A stretch of DNA of 64,000 nt from Patescibacteria group bacterium (GCA_040389185.1 JAZKAJ010000005.1:19887-83886), one strand, 5' to 3'; counted from the stretch's first letter, positions 8,328 through 18,470 are shown. Notes: generated by a model not told the origin, from the sequence alone. Translations and numbers: made by a program.

Positions 8328-9227
8328 TTAATTACTTGTTTTTTGAATGATTCTAAGTTTTGCACTTCGTGCTCGTGGATTTTCTTTAAGCTCTTCTTCT
8401 CCTGCAATTATTGGCTTCTTGTTTATGAGAATTGCTTTTTCTTCACTTACCAATCCCTTTGCCCAATGTTTTACTATTCTGTCTTCAAGGCTATGGAATG
8501 ATATGACTGCGATTCTTCTTCCTACCTTTACCCTTTCGAATGCTTTCTTCAGCCCTTCTTGGAGTGCCCCAAATTCATCATTGACCGCTATTCGGATTGA
8601 CTGGAATGTTTTGGTTGCTGGATGAATCTTTTTGTTTCGAGTGAATCCTGGAACTGCGTTCCAAACAATCTCTCGAAGCTGCACTGTAGTTTTAATTGGT
8701 TCTACCTCTCTCGCTTCGACTATTGCTCGTGCGATTCGTCCCGAGAATTGTTCTTCTCCAAAACCTTTGAGAATGTCTCGCAGCGTTTCTTCTGACCATT
8801 CATTGACCACTGTCTCTGCTGTAACTTCTTTTTCATCAGAATCGTAAGCCATTTGGAGCGGTTCATCCTTTTGGAATGTAAACCCTCTTCCTGACACTTC
8901 GATCTGATCAGAACTCCAGCCAAGGTCGAACATAAAGCCATCCACTTCCTTCATTTTTGCTTTATCCAAGACCTTATCTAGATTCCTAAAGTTTGATTTG
9001 AATATCTGCACTCTGTCTCCAAATTTCGCAAGTCTCACTTTAGCTTTCTTGATTGCATCACTATCCGCATCAATACCGATTACATTAGCTTTCTTATGGT
9101 GTTCCAAAATATATTCACTGTGTCCTCCACTATTTAGTGTGCAATCAACAACAGTGTCACCGCTTTGGATTTCCAAACTTTCTACCATTTCTTTTAAAAG
9201 AACACTTTTGTGAATGTAATCTGCCAT
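8328..9227 (-). CDS. rsmH: 16S rRNA (cytosine1402-N4)-methyltransferase RsmH/MraW.
   Basis: 299-aa ORF with the N-terminal MADYIHKSVLLKE and the GGHSE motif. Lies adjacent to mraZ. Confidence 0.9.
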   Translation of the reverse strand: MADYIHKSVLLKEMVESLEIQSGDTVVDCTLNSGGHSEYILEHHKKANVIGIDADSDAIKKAKVRLAKFGDRVQIFKSNFRNLDKVLDKAKMKEVDGFMFDLGWSSDQIEVSGRGFTFQKDEPLQMAYDSDEKEVTAETVVNEWSEETLRDILKGFGEEQFSGRIARAIVEAREVEPIKTTVQLREIVWNAVPGFTRNKKIHPATKTFQSIRIAVNDEFGALQEGLKKAFERVKVGRRIAVISFHSLEDRIVKHWAKGLVSEEKAILINKKPIIAGEEELKENPRARSAKLRIIQKTSN

Positions 9228-9231
9228 AAAG

Positions 9232-9666
9232 TTAAAACGCCCCTGTCTGACTTAACTTTTCAGCCAATACATCAGCTTCTACAACCACCTTCTCTTTGTA
9301 CTCTGCCCACTTCTTGTCATTCCACATTTCAATTCTCTTGTGAACTCCAATGAATACCCCCTTGTCTTTGATCTTTGCGAATTCTCGAAGATACTCTGGG
9401 ATAAGAACTCGTCCAAGTGAATCTACCTCAAGTTCTACCGCTCCACCAAACATAAATCTGTTGAAGCCTCGAGTATCTGCTCGCAAAGAATCCATCTTCC
9501 CCATCTCGTCTGAAATCTTTTCCCATTCAGTTGTTGGATATAGGAAAAGACATCCTTCGAGACCGTATGTTGCGATAAGCTTCTTACCCACTTCTTTACG
9601 GAATTTTGAAGGAAGAGAAATTCTGTTCTTGTCGTCTATCGTGTGTGTGTATTCGCCTATTAGCAT
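9232..9666 (-). CDS. mraZ: Transcriptional regulator MraZ.
   Basis: 144-aa ORF with duplicated DUF321 halves (MLIGEYTHTIDDKNRISLP... and ...GVHKRIEMWNDKKW). First gene of the dcw cluster. Confidence 0.9.
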   Translation of the reverse strand: MLIGEYTHTIDDKNRISLPSKFRKEVGKKLIATYGLEGCLFLYPTTEWEKISDEMGKMDSLRADTRGFNRFMFGGAVELEVDSLGRVLIPEYLREFAKIKDKGVFIGVHKRIEMWNDKKWAEYKEKVVVEADVLAEKLSQTGAF

Positions 9667-9785
9667 TTGTATTTTTAAGTTTTATGAATTAGTTTTTTTT
9701 CAATTGATGAGTTTCAAAAGACAGGTCGATTTTAAAACATACAAAATTTTAAAAATATCCTTTGAAACTCACACAATTTACTCTA

Positions 9786-9890
9786 TACCACTTCATCCCA
9801 CTTATGTACTACAGTATACCACTTCATAGCAGAATCAATACAAAGTTTTCCACAATTTTCTCCTGAAATATATTCGGATATTGAAGTGGG
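9786..9890. promoter_or_regulatory. Candidate MraZ operator: direct repeats of GTGG(T/G)-containing boxes upstream of mraZ.
   Basis: The forward strand carries taccacttcat twice (9786-9796 and 9817-9827), cccactt in between, and an inverted gaagtggg at 9883-9890. MraZ is known to bind spaced TGGGN direct repeats upstream of its own gene. Confidence 0.35.
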
Positions 9891-9907
9891 TAACTGTCAA
9901 GGAAACA

Positions 9908-9940
9908 AAAAAGCACCGCGGCTACGCCGCAGTGCTTTTC
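9908..9940 (-). terminator. GC-rich hairpin terminator (agcaccgcggc-tac-gccgcagtgct plus T-run on the minus strand).
   Basis: Lies downstream of the 9967-10353 CDS. It is the sister copy of the hairpin at 55390-55422. Confidence 0.55.
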
Positions 9941-9966
9941 ACTTAACAAAACCTACTAGATTTAGA

Positions 9967-10353
9967 TCATTTTTTAAGTCTCTTTAACTCATTTTCTACA
10001 TTTGAACAAAACTCAGCATATGTCATAGCATATATGGATTTTCTTGCACCGTTTGGTTCAGCTACTTCAAGCAGTGAAGTATTATCCCCGGCAGGCAAAA
10101 TTCTACCTATAGTTTTCCCACTTCTTTGTAATGCACCTTTTAAATCTGCATCTCTGACACAGCCTCGAAGTTCTACAGGATCAGTATTCATCAGTAACTG
10201 ATTAAAAACTTGTGATTGAATTCGTTCAAGCTCACTAATCCTATCCGATGATTCGGACAGCACTTCTGTGCCCGCCACTTGAGGTTTCTCATTTCTAATT
10301 GCAATAAACTCTTTATTTGGATCTCCTCCTTGAAAAAAAATGTTTTGTTCCAT
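9967..10353 (-). CDS. Hypothetical protein (128 aa) cotranscribed downstream of lysS.
   Basis: ORF with a plausible composition and no recognisable motif. Confidence 0.5.
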   Translation of the reverse strand: MEQNIFFQGGDPNKEFIAIRNEKPQVAGTEVLSESSDRISELERIQSQVFNQLLMNTDPVELRGCVRDADLKGALQRSGKTIGRILPAGDNTSLLEVAEPNGARKSIYAMTYAEFCSNVENELKRLKK

Positions 10354-10390
10354 TTAATTATATTAAATATTAATAAATAAAATAAGGCAC

Positions 10391-11863
10391 CTAATCTGTA
10401 TTTTTTGGCTTCATAAGAGGGAAAAGCTGCGCTTCTCGAATCGGTACATCAAGCAAGAAACTAAAAAGTCGTTCTGAAAGTCCAAATCCAAATGTTGGCG
10501 GCATTCCATGCTCCATTGCTTCCACATACTCAAAGTCAGCCATCTGAGCCTCGTCGTCTCCAGCATCACGAAGCCCTTGCTGTTCCATAAATCTCGCTCG
10601 TTGATCTTGCGGATCATTAAGTTCACTGAATCCTTTGCCCATTTCACTTCCTGCGAGGATCACCTGGAATCTTTCTACTACACGCGAATCTTTTTCAGAT
10701 CTCTTGGCGAGAGGTTCAAGGTATGTTGGTACTCCAACAAGAAATCCGGGTCCCGAAAGAGTCTTTCGAATTGATTTCCAAAGAAGATCAACTCCTCGAG
10801 AAATATTAATCTCTTTTGGATCGAATGCAACTTTAGCCTCTTTGAGTTTTGCAATCAGAGTTTCATTTGTAAGACTCTCATCAAGTGCGTCAATATCAAA
10901 ATGCTTTTTCAAAATCTCACAAAAATCATACATCTCCCATTCTTTCATAAAATCAATTTCATGTCCTCGAATTGAAAACGTTGTTTTCTCAAATACTTCC
11001 GATGCAATTTTTCTATACAATTCCTTAGTCATTTCCATACCAACAGTATAGTCAGCATATGCCATATAGTACTCAAGCTGAGTATAGTCTTGTGCATGTT
11101 CTGGCGATATACCTTCGTTTCTAAAAATTCTTCCAATCTCAAATGTTCGAGGAAGTCCCGCGACCATCAGTCTCTTTTGCCAGAGCTCACCGCAAGAAAT
11201 TCGAAGATACACATCGATGTCGAGTGCATTATGATGTGTAGCAAAAGGTCGAGCATCAGCACCACCTGTGGTATTTTCAAGTACTGGAGTTTCTACCTCT
11301 ATAAAATTTTTCTCCAAAAGATATTCTCGAATGACGTTCCAAAATTTTGATCTTTTTCTGAATCTGTCTGCCAATTCTTCATTCATCAAAATATCCAAAT
11401 ATCTTTTTCGAAGTTTATCTTCTTCATCTGTAAGTCCATGCCATTTTTCTGGAAGTGGAAGGAGTGATTTCGAAAGCATTGTCCAAGAAGATACTTGAAC
11501 TGTCTTCTGTCCTGTTCGAGTAAGAAATACTGGACCTGTAACCTCTACAAAGTCTCCAATGTCCACTGTGTCTCCAAAGAGTGTAAACGCATCGAGATTA
11601 GCATCATCTTTTTTGAAAAGTCCCTGGAATCGTCCTGTACCATCAAAGAGATCAAAGAAAATAAGCGCTCCCTGTCCCCGAAGTGACATTACTCGTCCAG
11701 AAATTGTGATTGGAGTTGCATCAGCCACCAATGTGTCAAAGGCATTTTGAGCCTCAATATTTGTATGAGTTCGCTTTGACTGCGCAGGGTATGGATTAAT
11801 CCCCTTTTCTTTGAGTTTATTTAGTTTGTCTAATCGGACCTGTCGGATTTCGTCTAATGCCAT
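10391..11863 (-). CDS. lysS: Lysyl-tRNA synthetase, class II.
   Basis: 490-aa ORF with an N-terminal OB anticodon-binding domain and class II motifs 1-3 (e.g. FRNEG, GGADARPF-like, GLGxDR-like). Confidence 0.92.
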   Translation of the reverse strand: MALDEIRQVRLDKLNKLKEKGINPYPAQSKRTHTNIEAQNAFDTLVADATPITISGRVMSLRGQGALIFFDLFDGTGRFQGLFKKDDANLDAFTLFGDTVDIGDFVEVTGPVFLTRTGQKTVQVSSWTMLSKSLLPLPEKWHGLTDEEDKLRKRYLDILMNEELADRFRKRSKFWNVIREYLLEKNFIEVETPVLENTTGGADARPFATHHNALDIDVYLRISCGELWQKRLMVAGLPRTFEIGRIFRNEGISPEHAQDYTQLEYYMAYADYTVGMEMTKELYRKIASEVFEKTTFSIRGHEIDFMKEWEMYDFCEILKKHFDIDALDESLTNETLIAKLKEAKVAFDPKEINISRGVDLLWKSIRKTLSGPGFLVGVPTYLEPLAKRSEKDSRVVERFQVILAGSEMGKGFSELNDPQDQRARFMEQQGLRDAGDDEAQMADFEYVEAMEHGMPPTFGFGLSERLFSFLLDVPIREAQLFPLMKPKNTD

Positions 11864-11999
11864 AAGTCTATATAAATATTGATATTATAGTATGTAGTAT
11901 ATAGTATTGAGGATTAAATACAAAATGGACTATTGACTTAATCGTTTATACACGTAGGCTTTAAATCAGCGCACATTCAATTTACCCCCCCACACACAC

Positions 12000-12467
12000 A
12001 TGACGACTCTCAACCCGAATGATGATAAGGCAACTTTGTGTACACAATGGTCTCCAAGTGTTCGCTTCGAGATCCCGCATGAAGGAATTGGCCACGAATA
12101 CAGAGGAAGGCTAACTGAGCTTTTCAAAAGATTCCTCGGACAACTATCGCCCAAAGGATCAAACGTGCATGCGTTAAGGAATCAGAATCCTTCGCCACCT
12201 CATGAATCAGAAGCTCTTGAATGTTTCCACATCGATGAGACATATCATCGTGATGGCTTCATGATTACATGGTACGACGGAAAGCACTCACTAACCGAGC
12301 AAGGCCTCCGCATGCACGACCATCTGCACAAAGGCCAAACAGTTGAACTCATCTACATGGTCGCAGAGAGATTCGAACGATTCCTTCAAGATCAAGAGAT
12401 CAATTATAAAAGGTTTGGTCTTCAAAATGGCTCTGAACAAGAAACGGAGCAAAAGACTCTGTGGTAA
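12000..12467 (+). CDS. Hypothetical His-rich protein (155 aa), locally higher GC.
   Basis: ORF bounded by a terminator. A C7(AC)5 simple repeat directly precedes the ATG. Confidence 0.45.
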   Translation: MTTLNPNDDKATLCTQWSPSVRFEIPHEGIGHEYRGRLTELFKRFLGQLSPKGSNVHALRNQNPSPPHESEALECFHIDETYHRDGFMITWYDGKHSLTEQGLRMHDHLHKGQTVELIYMVAERFERFLQDQEINYKRFGLQNGSEQETEQKTLW

Positions 12468-12475
12468 AAATTACA

Positions 12476-12509
12476 AAACGAATTACAGAAATATGTAATT
12501 CGTTTTTTT
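12476..12509 (+). terminator. Intrinsic terminator (aaacgaattaca-gaaatat-tgtaattcgttt plus T7).
   Basis: Perfect hairpin followed by a T-run, placed after the 12000-12467 CDS and after greA on the other strand. Confidence 0.6.
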
Positions 12510-12545
12510 ATTACATTACAAAACAACAGCCGCTTTTGTTTATTT

Positions 12546-13013
12546 TTATTTTACGTCAACTATCTCATAGCTCGCTTTTCCTTTTGGAGTGACGATATCA
12601 AATTTGTCCCCTTTTTTCTTGCCCATTATAGCAATACCGATTGGTGAGTGATTTGAAATCTTACCTTTAAGAATATCTGCTTCTTCAGATCCTACCACCT
12701 GATATGTTTTAGATTCTTTGTCTCCAGATTTTTTTACTACAACAGTAGATCCAATTGTGACCGCTCCTCCATGATGAGCTTGCATAACAACCGCATTCTT
12801 CAAAATATTTTCAAGTTTACTTACTCGCTCTTCTACTTCTGCCTGCATTTCTCGTGCTTCCTGATATTCAGCATTTTCTGCGAGGTCTCCCATAGATTTG
12901 GCATACTCCAAACTATCAGCAACTTCTCGTCGCTTTACTCTTTTAAGATTGTCCAACTCTGCCTCAAGTTCGGCAAGTTTTTCTTTTGTTAAATACTCTT
13001 TTTCGTCTGACAT
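12546..13013 (-). CDS. greA: Transcription elongation factor GreA.
   Basis: 155-aa ORF with an N-terminal coiled coil (LTKEKLAELEAELDNLK) and a C-terminal FKBP-like domain. Confidence 0.9.
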   Translation of the reverse strand: MSDEKEYLTKEKLAELEAELDNLKRVKRREVADSLEYAKSMGDLAENAEYQEAREMQAEVEERVSKLENILKNAVVMQAHHGGAVTIGSTVVVKKSGDKESKTYQVVGSEEADILKGKISNHSPIGIAIMGKKKGDKFDIVTPKGKASYEIVDVK

Positions 13014-13136
13014 AAGGTTTTATGTATTATTGACAATGTTTAAAATGCGTAGCAATTTTAGCATTTTAAAGATAAGAAGTAAAGAAATAAAAAGGACTCC
13101 AACAAATGATTTGCTGAAGATCCTATTGATTCAAGC

Positions 13137-13358
13137 CTACGGGCTATTTTTGGGATTCGATCCCGTGGTGATCGTAATTTTGTGTTTATCGCTGAAGAAC
13201 GGGGGCTTCTTTGCACGAGAATCGCGCAGTGCAGGCAGAGCCTTCTGTGGCCCGACGTAGCCGTCGGAATTACAGATTTGGTTCACAGACGATGAGGAGG
13301 AACGACAGCTCGTGAATGAGAAACTCATGAGCGACAGTAGGACAAGCAGTGTTTTCAT
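13137..13358 (-). CDS. Small putative secreted peptide or lipoprotein-like protein (73 aa).
   Basis: Begins MKTLLVLLSLMSFSFTSC..., signal-peptide-like. Higher GC. Lies directly downstream of mrdA. Confidence 0.3.
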   Translation of the reverse strand: MKTLLVLLSLMSFSFTSCRSSSSSVNQICNSDGYVGPQKALPALRDSRAKKPPFFSDKHKITITTGSNPKNSP

Positions 13359-13418
13359 AATGCGGGGACGCCCTGTGGCTAAACCGAATACTACAGTGAA
13401 GATAAAGAATGTCAACAA

Positions 13419-15113
13419 CTACTTCACATACTCCGACTGATTATCTCGGACCGCACTTAAAGTGTCTGACATAGCACGCATGGCACTTACTTTGTATGTT
13501 GTTGGTCCATTTTCAAGCACGAGAGCAAACACATATTTTGGATCTTTGTATGGAAAGAATCCTTCAACCCAAGAATTGACTTTTGCTTTTGCACTTCCTA
13601 GTTCTGCCGTTCCCGTCTTTGCAGCAATTTCAACTCCCGGAATATTGAGTGCAATCGCAGTTTGCTCTGTAACCGCCATCCTCATTCCCTCTTTTACAAT
13701 TTTATAATTCTTGGCATCAATATCTGTCACAGGAGTAGTTTTGCCCTGCTCACCTTTTATAATTGTAGGTTCAACGATTGTTCCCTCTGTTGCGATTCCT
13801 GACATTGCTCGCACCACCTGAAGCGGAGTCACCTGCCAGCCATACTGACCGATCGTGGTGTGATATGTATCTCCTACTCGCCAATCTTCTCCATCAAATG
13901 TATCCTTTTTCCACTGCGGTGTTGGTATTGTCCCTGCCGACGCATCAAAAAATCCATCTGTCGAAACTCCAAATAAGAATTTGGAAATGTATTCATCCAT
14001 CTTTGTAATTCCGAGTCCTTTCTGTCCTTCAAATCCACCTCCAGTAATATAAAAATAAACATCAGATGAGACCGCGATCGCTTTTCGAAGATCCACAGAT
14101 CCTTGATTCTTCCAGTCTTTAAATACCGACGGGTGAGCTGGATCATATGGATTTGGAAGAGAAATAAATCCATGTGTAAGGATTTGCTTCAATGGATCAA
14201 TAATATTTTCCTGCAATATTCCAAGCGCAATAAACGGCTTTACGATAGATCCTGGCGCATAAAGCCCAGAGGTCACTCGATCCAAAAACGGCTGTTTTTT
14301 GCTATTTAAATATTCATTTATTTTTGCCTTATCGCTTCCATCTGTCATGATATTGCTGTCGTAATCAGGATATGACGCAGTCGCCAATATTTCGCCTGTG
14401 TGAGCATCCATGATGACACCAGCACCCCCAGAGAATCCCGAATTCTCAACCGCAGAGGCGATCTGCTTGTACAATTCCGCATTAACATCAGCATCGATCG
14501 ATAGATTTATTTTTTCTCCATTTTGAGGCGGTTCGAGAGTGCTTTGACTTTCCACTGCCCCTTTTACACTCACCTCTGTGAGCTTGGCACCATTAACTCC
14601 CGCAAGTTTATCGTCAAAATATTTTTCAACTCCGTCTTGCCCCAAAATACTAAAACTATAAAAATTACCCTTTGAATCCTGTCCTGGGTATTTTACATAA
14701 CCTAGTAGATGCGAGAGTCCGCTTCCAGTGAGGTATGAACGCTTATCAAATTCATCGCCATCTTTTTCTTCATTCCATGCAATATTTTTATCGTTCCTAT
14801 CTGCAACGATTCCACGGTGTGCAAAGATCACTTCTTTTTGAAGATTGTTATTTGTTGCTTTTGAGACGTAAAAATCACTATTTACCACCTGCAAATTTAA
14901 AGCGCGATAAATAAAAAAAATCGCGATGAGTACAAATAGATACTTAAGACTTCCAAGAGAAAATTTTGAGATCGGCGTTTCAATGCGTCCTTCAAACTGA
15001 TCTCGGTTGAATGATGGGAGATTGGATGAATCAAGAAAAATCTCATCAGGGTTTACTGATTTCTTTGATCTCTTCTGCCTTTTTTTGAATTTGCGAAATA
15101 ATTGATGAAACAT
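13419..15113 (-). CDS. mrdA: Penicillin-binding protein 2 (elongasome transpeptidase).
   Basis: 564-aa ORF with SIVKP and KTGTAE transpeptidase motifs, immediately downstream of mreBCD. Confidence 0.85.
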   Translation of the reverse strand: MFHQLFRKFKKRQKRSKKSVNPDEIFLDSSNLPSFNRDQFEGRIETPISKFSLGSLKYLFVLIAIFFIYRALNLQVVNSDFYVSKATNNNLQKEVIFAHRGIVADRNDKNIAWNEEKDGDEFDKRSYLTGSGLSHLLGYVKYPGQDSKGNFYSFSILGQDGVEKYFDDKLAGVNGAKLTEVSVKGAVESQSTLEPPQNGEKINLSIDADVNAELYKQIASAVENSGFSGGAGVIMDAHTGEILATASYPDYDSNIMTDGSDKAKINEYLNSKKQPFLDRVTSGLYAPGSIVKPFIALGILQENIIDPLKQILTHGFISLPNPYDPAHPSVFKDWKNQGSVDLRKAIAVSSDVYFYITGGGFEGQKGLGITKMDEYISKFLFGVSTDGFFDASAGTIPTPQWKKDTFDGEDWRVGDTYHTTIGQYGWQVTPLQVVRAMSGIATEGTIVEPTIIKGEQGKTTPVTDIDAKNYKIVKEGMRMAVTEQTAIALNIPGVEIAAKTGTAELGSAKAKVNSWVEGFFPYKDPKYVFALVLENGPTTYKVSAMRAMSDTLSAVRDNQSEYVK

Positions 15114-15133
15114 TCAGTAGAAATAAGTGGTGA

Positions 15134-15379
15134 TTAGAGTTTAATATACGGCTTAATGAGGAGAATAATACCATACAAAGTTACTGCAGAAATAGTAAAC
15201 AGATTTGTCTCTACAAATGACCCTGGAATACCGTACAAAAGATCAAATAAAAACCCATAAAAAACTATCTCTATGAAGTCAAAGAATAACGACACCACTA
15301 TGGCAACAATAATAGTGCACCAAAATGGAAGAAGGAAAAAACTAAGAAGTACAAGTATATTGGCGAAGATTCTGTACAT
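15134..15379 (-). CDS. mreD: Rod shape-determining protein MreD-like (small polytopic membrane protein).
   Basis: 81-aa very hydrophobic ORF positioned between mreC and mrdA. Confidence 0.5.
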   Translation of the reverse strand: MYRIFANILVLLSFFLLPFWCTIIVAIVVSLFFDFIEIVFYGFLFDLLYGIPGSFVETNLFTISAVTLYGIILLIKPYIKL

Positions 15380-15380
15380 T

Positions 15381-16169
15381 TTATTTTGAGATAGTTACTT
15401 CAGTAATCTGATTTGGATTAACGGGCAATGTAAAAAGCAACCTCTTGAATCCTTCAGCTTGTTTGTCCTCTATAACTGAAACAACTCCAAACACTTTGCT
15501 TTTGATGGATGGCAAGATGAGCGCATCGCCAACCTTAACCTCAACACCTTGAGGAACCAAGGATTCAAAAAATCCACCACCCAACCCTTTTGTATCTATT
15601 TTTATTTTTGCTCCTGAAAGAGTGCCTCCGAATTCATTTCCTGGAGAAGAAAATAACTCTGCTTTAGAAAAATCAGAACCCGTCTCGACGATCTTACCTA
15701 TAACAAGATTACCGTAATAGACCCTATCTTCTACAATTACACCCTGATCTAATCCCGCATCAAGTATAAAGGTATCAAATGGTGTTTCCCCTGGTTTTGA
15801 TTTTACGATCGCAAGGATTCCTTTGTTGCTTGATTTGGTAGTTGATGCATTATCTTTTCGACCAAGCTCAAATTTAAGACTTTGATTTTCATTATAGAGA
15901 ACTTCTCTGTCAGCATTTAAAGCGGTGAGTTTAAGTAACTCCGCCTGTAGATTCGTATTTTCTGAAAGAAGTTCTGCATCTGTCCGGAAACTACTTGGCA
16001 CCACTACATCAAAAACACTTTTAAACCACGACCCCATTGCAAGAACGGTTTTGGCAATAAATCCACGAGCAAAAAAACCAAGTATGAGACAACAGACCAA
16101 AGCAACAAAAAATTTCCTAAAGGGATGTCTATTTCTTTTTTTAGCGTGTAAAAGGTAACTCATCTTCAT
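15381..16169 (-). CDS. mreC: Rod shape-determining protein MreC.
   Basis: 262-aa ORF with an N-terminal transmembrane segment, a coiled coil and a C-terminal beta-rich domain (GDxLxTSG-like segment GDALILPS). Located after mreB. Confidence 0.8.
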   Translation of the reverse strand: MKMSYLLHAKKRNRHPFRKFFVALVCCLILGFFARGFIAKTVLAMGSWFKSVFDVVVPSSFRTDAELLSENTNLQAELLKLTALNADREVLYNENQSLKFELGRKDNASTTKSSNKGILAIVKSKPGETPFDTFILDAGLDQGVIVEDRVYYGNLVIGKIVETGSDFSKAELFSSPGNEFGGTLSGAKIKIDTKGLGGGFFESLVPQGVEVKVGDALILPSIKSKVFGVVSVIEDKQAEGFKRLLFTLPVNPNQITEVTISK

Positions 16170-17205
16170 TTTTAATTAGTGCATCTTGATATGCATCGAT
16201 ATCATTTAGAATTATTCCCGTTCCTCGCACAACAGCCGTGAGAGGATCCTCAGCAACGTGAACCGGGATCTTCAACACCTCTTCAAGAAGCTCTTTCATT
16301 CCGCGAATAAGTGCACCACCGCCGGCGAGATGTAGGCCTCGATGCATAATGTCAGAAATGACTTCTGGCGGCGTAATCTCGATCACTTCCTTGATAGCTT
16401 CAATAAGAGCATTGATAGATCCTGCAATTGCATCTCGTACATCTGATTCAGTAATTACCACCTCTCTTGGCAAGCCCGTAATAAGATCTCGTCCGCGGAC
16501 CGCCATCTCTCCACCAGAATCAGTTTCAAGTACACTTCCAATATTTATTTTGATATCTTCCGCAGTTTTTTCTCCGATAAGAATCTTTAATTCATTTTTT
16601 AAAAACTGTGTGATATCGTTGTTGAGTTTATCACCCGCGATTTTGATATTTCGAGAGTGCACAATTCCACCGAGAGAAATGATTGCGATGTCAGTAGTCC
16701 CTCCACCGATATCCACTATCATATTGCCCACTGGATCATTAATAGGAATTCCGATTCCGATCGCTGCCGCCATTGGCTCTTCTACGATGTGAACTTCTCG
16801 TGCACCAGCATTAACTGTCGCATCTCGAACGGCACGTCTTTCGACATTTGTAATACCTGACGGAACACCAACGACTACTCGAGGACCGAGCATTCTTTTG
16901 TTATCCCCTTCTGCACGATTGATGAGATATGACATCATTTCTTCTGTCACTTCAAAATCAGAGATCACACCATCAACAATTGGTCGAATAGCCACAATGT
17001 GTCCCGGAGTCTTGCCGAGCATGTCCTTCGCCTGACTTCCTACTGCAACGACCTGACCAGTTTTTTGGTTAACTGCCACAACAGATGGTTCACGCACCAC
17101 GATTCCCTTACCCTCTACATAGACGAGCGTGTTTGCAGTACCGAGATCAATCCCGATATCGTTTGAAAACATTGCGTAGAATTTTTGTAGAAATTTAAGT
17201 GCCAT
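16141..17205 (-). CDS. mreB: Rod shape-determining protein MreB (actin homologue).
   Basis: Carries DLGTANTLVYV and the actin-fold phosphate-1/2 motifs. The likely start is the internal Met at 17172 (MFSNDIGIDLGT). Confidence 0.92.
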   Translation of the reverse strand: MALKFLQKFYAMFSNDIGIDLGTANTLVYVEGKGIVVREPSVVAVNQKTGQVVAVGSQAKDMLGKTPGHIVAIRPIVDGVISDFEVTEEMMSYLINRAEGDNKRMLGPRVVVGVPSGITNVERRAVRDATVNAGAREVHIVEEPMAAAIGIGIPINDPVGNMIVDIGGGTTDIAIISLGGIVHSRNIKIAGDKLNNDITQFLKNELKILIGEKTAEDIKINIGSVLETDSGGEMAVRGRDLITGLPREVVITESDVRDAIAGSINALIEAIKEVIEITPPEVISDIMHRGLHLAGGGALIRGMKELLEEVLKIPVHVAEDPLTAVVRGTGIILNDIDAYQDALIKNEDELPFTR

Positions 17206-17213
17206 TTATGTAT

Positions 17214-18470
17214 TTATTTTAAGATATTTAATATTTCCTCCTTGCTTCTACCTGTCGTTTCGCTCGTAATTCTGTTTGAATATTCGAGCTGACCTTTTTC
17301 TTCTGTTTTCTTACTTATTACAATCCGATGTGGAATACCGATAAGGTCTGCATCTGCAAACTTTTCTCCCGCTCGAGCATCTCTATCGTCAAACAAGACT
17401 TCAATACCTTTTGAAATTAATTCTTCATAAAGGTCTATTGCTTTTTGCTTTAACATTTCATCTCCTTGAGAAAGTTCTACGAGATGCACCTTAAATGGTG
17501 ATACAGATTCCGGCCAGATCATTCCTTTTTCAGTTGCAAGGACCTCAACAATTGTTCCCATAAGGCGACCGATTCCGATTCCATAGCTTCCCATAAATAC
17601 TGGTTTTGATTCTCCATTCTCGTCAACATATGTGAGACCGAGTGGTTCAGAAAAACGAGTTCCAAGTGTAAAGATATTTCCGACTTCCACAGTTTTCTTT
17701 TCAATCACATTGTCACCCACTTTCAAATCTTTTTTAACCTCATCTGTATACACCTCTTTGTTTATTGCCTCCTTCTTTTCACCACTATCAATATTGTGAT
17801 AAATAACGTCTTCACCAGCATCGGTTTCAGTCTGAAATTCGTGCGAAAACTTGGCAAATACACCCCCAGAAGCAAATGTATAATACGTTTTTTCTCCAAG
17901 ACCCACTTTATTAAATATATTCCAGTATGCTTCTTTTACTTTTTCATAAAACTTCAAATGTTGTTCTTCGTTTCTAGAAAAAGAATAAAGATCTTTCATT
18001 AAAAACTCTCTCCCACGCAAGATTCCAGACTTTGCCCGTGTTTCATTTCTAAATTTTGTTTGAAATTGGTATGCAGACCTTGGGAGATCTTTGTACGATC
18101 GAATGTGGTCTTTCATTATTTCCGTGATTGGTTCTTCATGCGTGAAGCCGAGACCAAGCTCTGTATCATTTTTGAGTTTTGTTTTAAACCAGTTGTCCAC
18201 TACAGCATCATCCCATCGATTAGTTTTTTCCCAAAGTTCTTTTGACTGGAGAGATGCGAGAGAGATTTCCTGACCCCCAATCATATTCATTTCATATCGG
18301 ACAACTTGCTCTATTTTTTTCATTACACGAAGTCCCAATGGTAATACAGAATAAACTCCGGCCATATCTTTATGGACGAATCCGGCACGAATAAGGAGTT
18401 GAGCGTTCTTTGCAACCTCGTCTTTTGGCGCTTCAAAACGCGTTTTGGTGAAAAGATGTGTTTGTTTCAT
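17214..18470 (-). CDS. proS: Prolyl-tRNA synthetase (short, about 418 aa).
   Basis: Class II aaRS motifs and a C-terminal anticodon-binding domain. The ORF track starts at GTG 18500, but the ATG at 18468-18470 (MKQTHLFTKTRF) sits behind the conserved leader and is the more likely start. Confidence 0.88.
   Translation of the reverse strand: MKQTHLFTKTRFEAPKDEVAKNAQLLIRAGFVHKDMAGVYSVLPLGLRVMKKIEQVVRYEMNMIGGQEISLASLQSKELWEKTNRWDDAVVDNWFKTKLKNDTELGLGFTHEEPITEIMKDHIRSYKDLPRSAYQFQTKFRNETRAKSGILRGREFLMKDLYSFSRNEEQHLKFYEKVKEAYWNIFNKVGLGEKTYYTFASGGVFAKFSHEFQTETDAGEDVIYHNIDSGEKKEAINKEVYTDEVKKDLKVGDNVIEKKTVEVGNIFTLGTRFSEPLGLTYVDENGESKPVFMGSYGIGIGRLMGTIVEVLATEKGMIWPESVSPFKVHLVELSQGDEMLKQKAIDLYEELISKGIEVLFDDRDARAGEKFADADLIGIPHRIVISKKTEEKGQLEYSNRITSETTGRSKEEILNILK

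Noticed and set aside
10508-11750. Multiple plus-strand ORFs (63-138 aa) inside lysS; similar shadow ORFs inside mreB, proS, mrdA, ftsI, rsmH, purH and the histidine kinase.
   Set aside because: Antisense shadow ORFs within well-supported conserved genes, with no independent signals.
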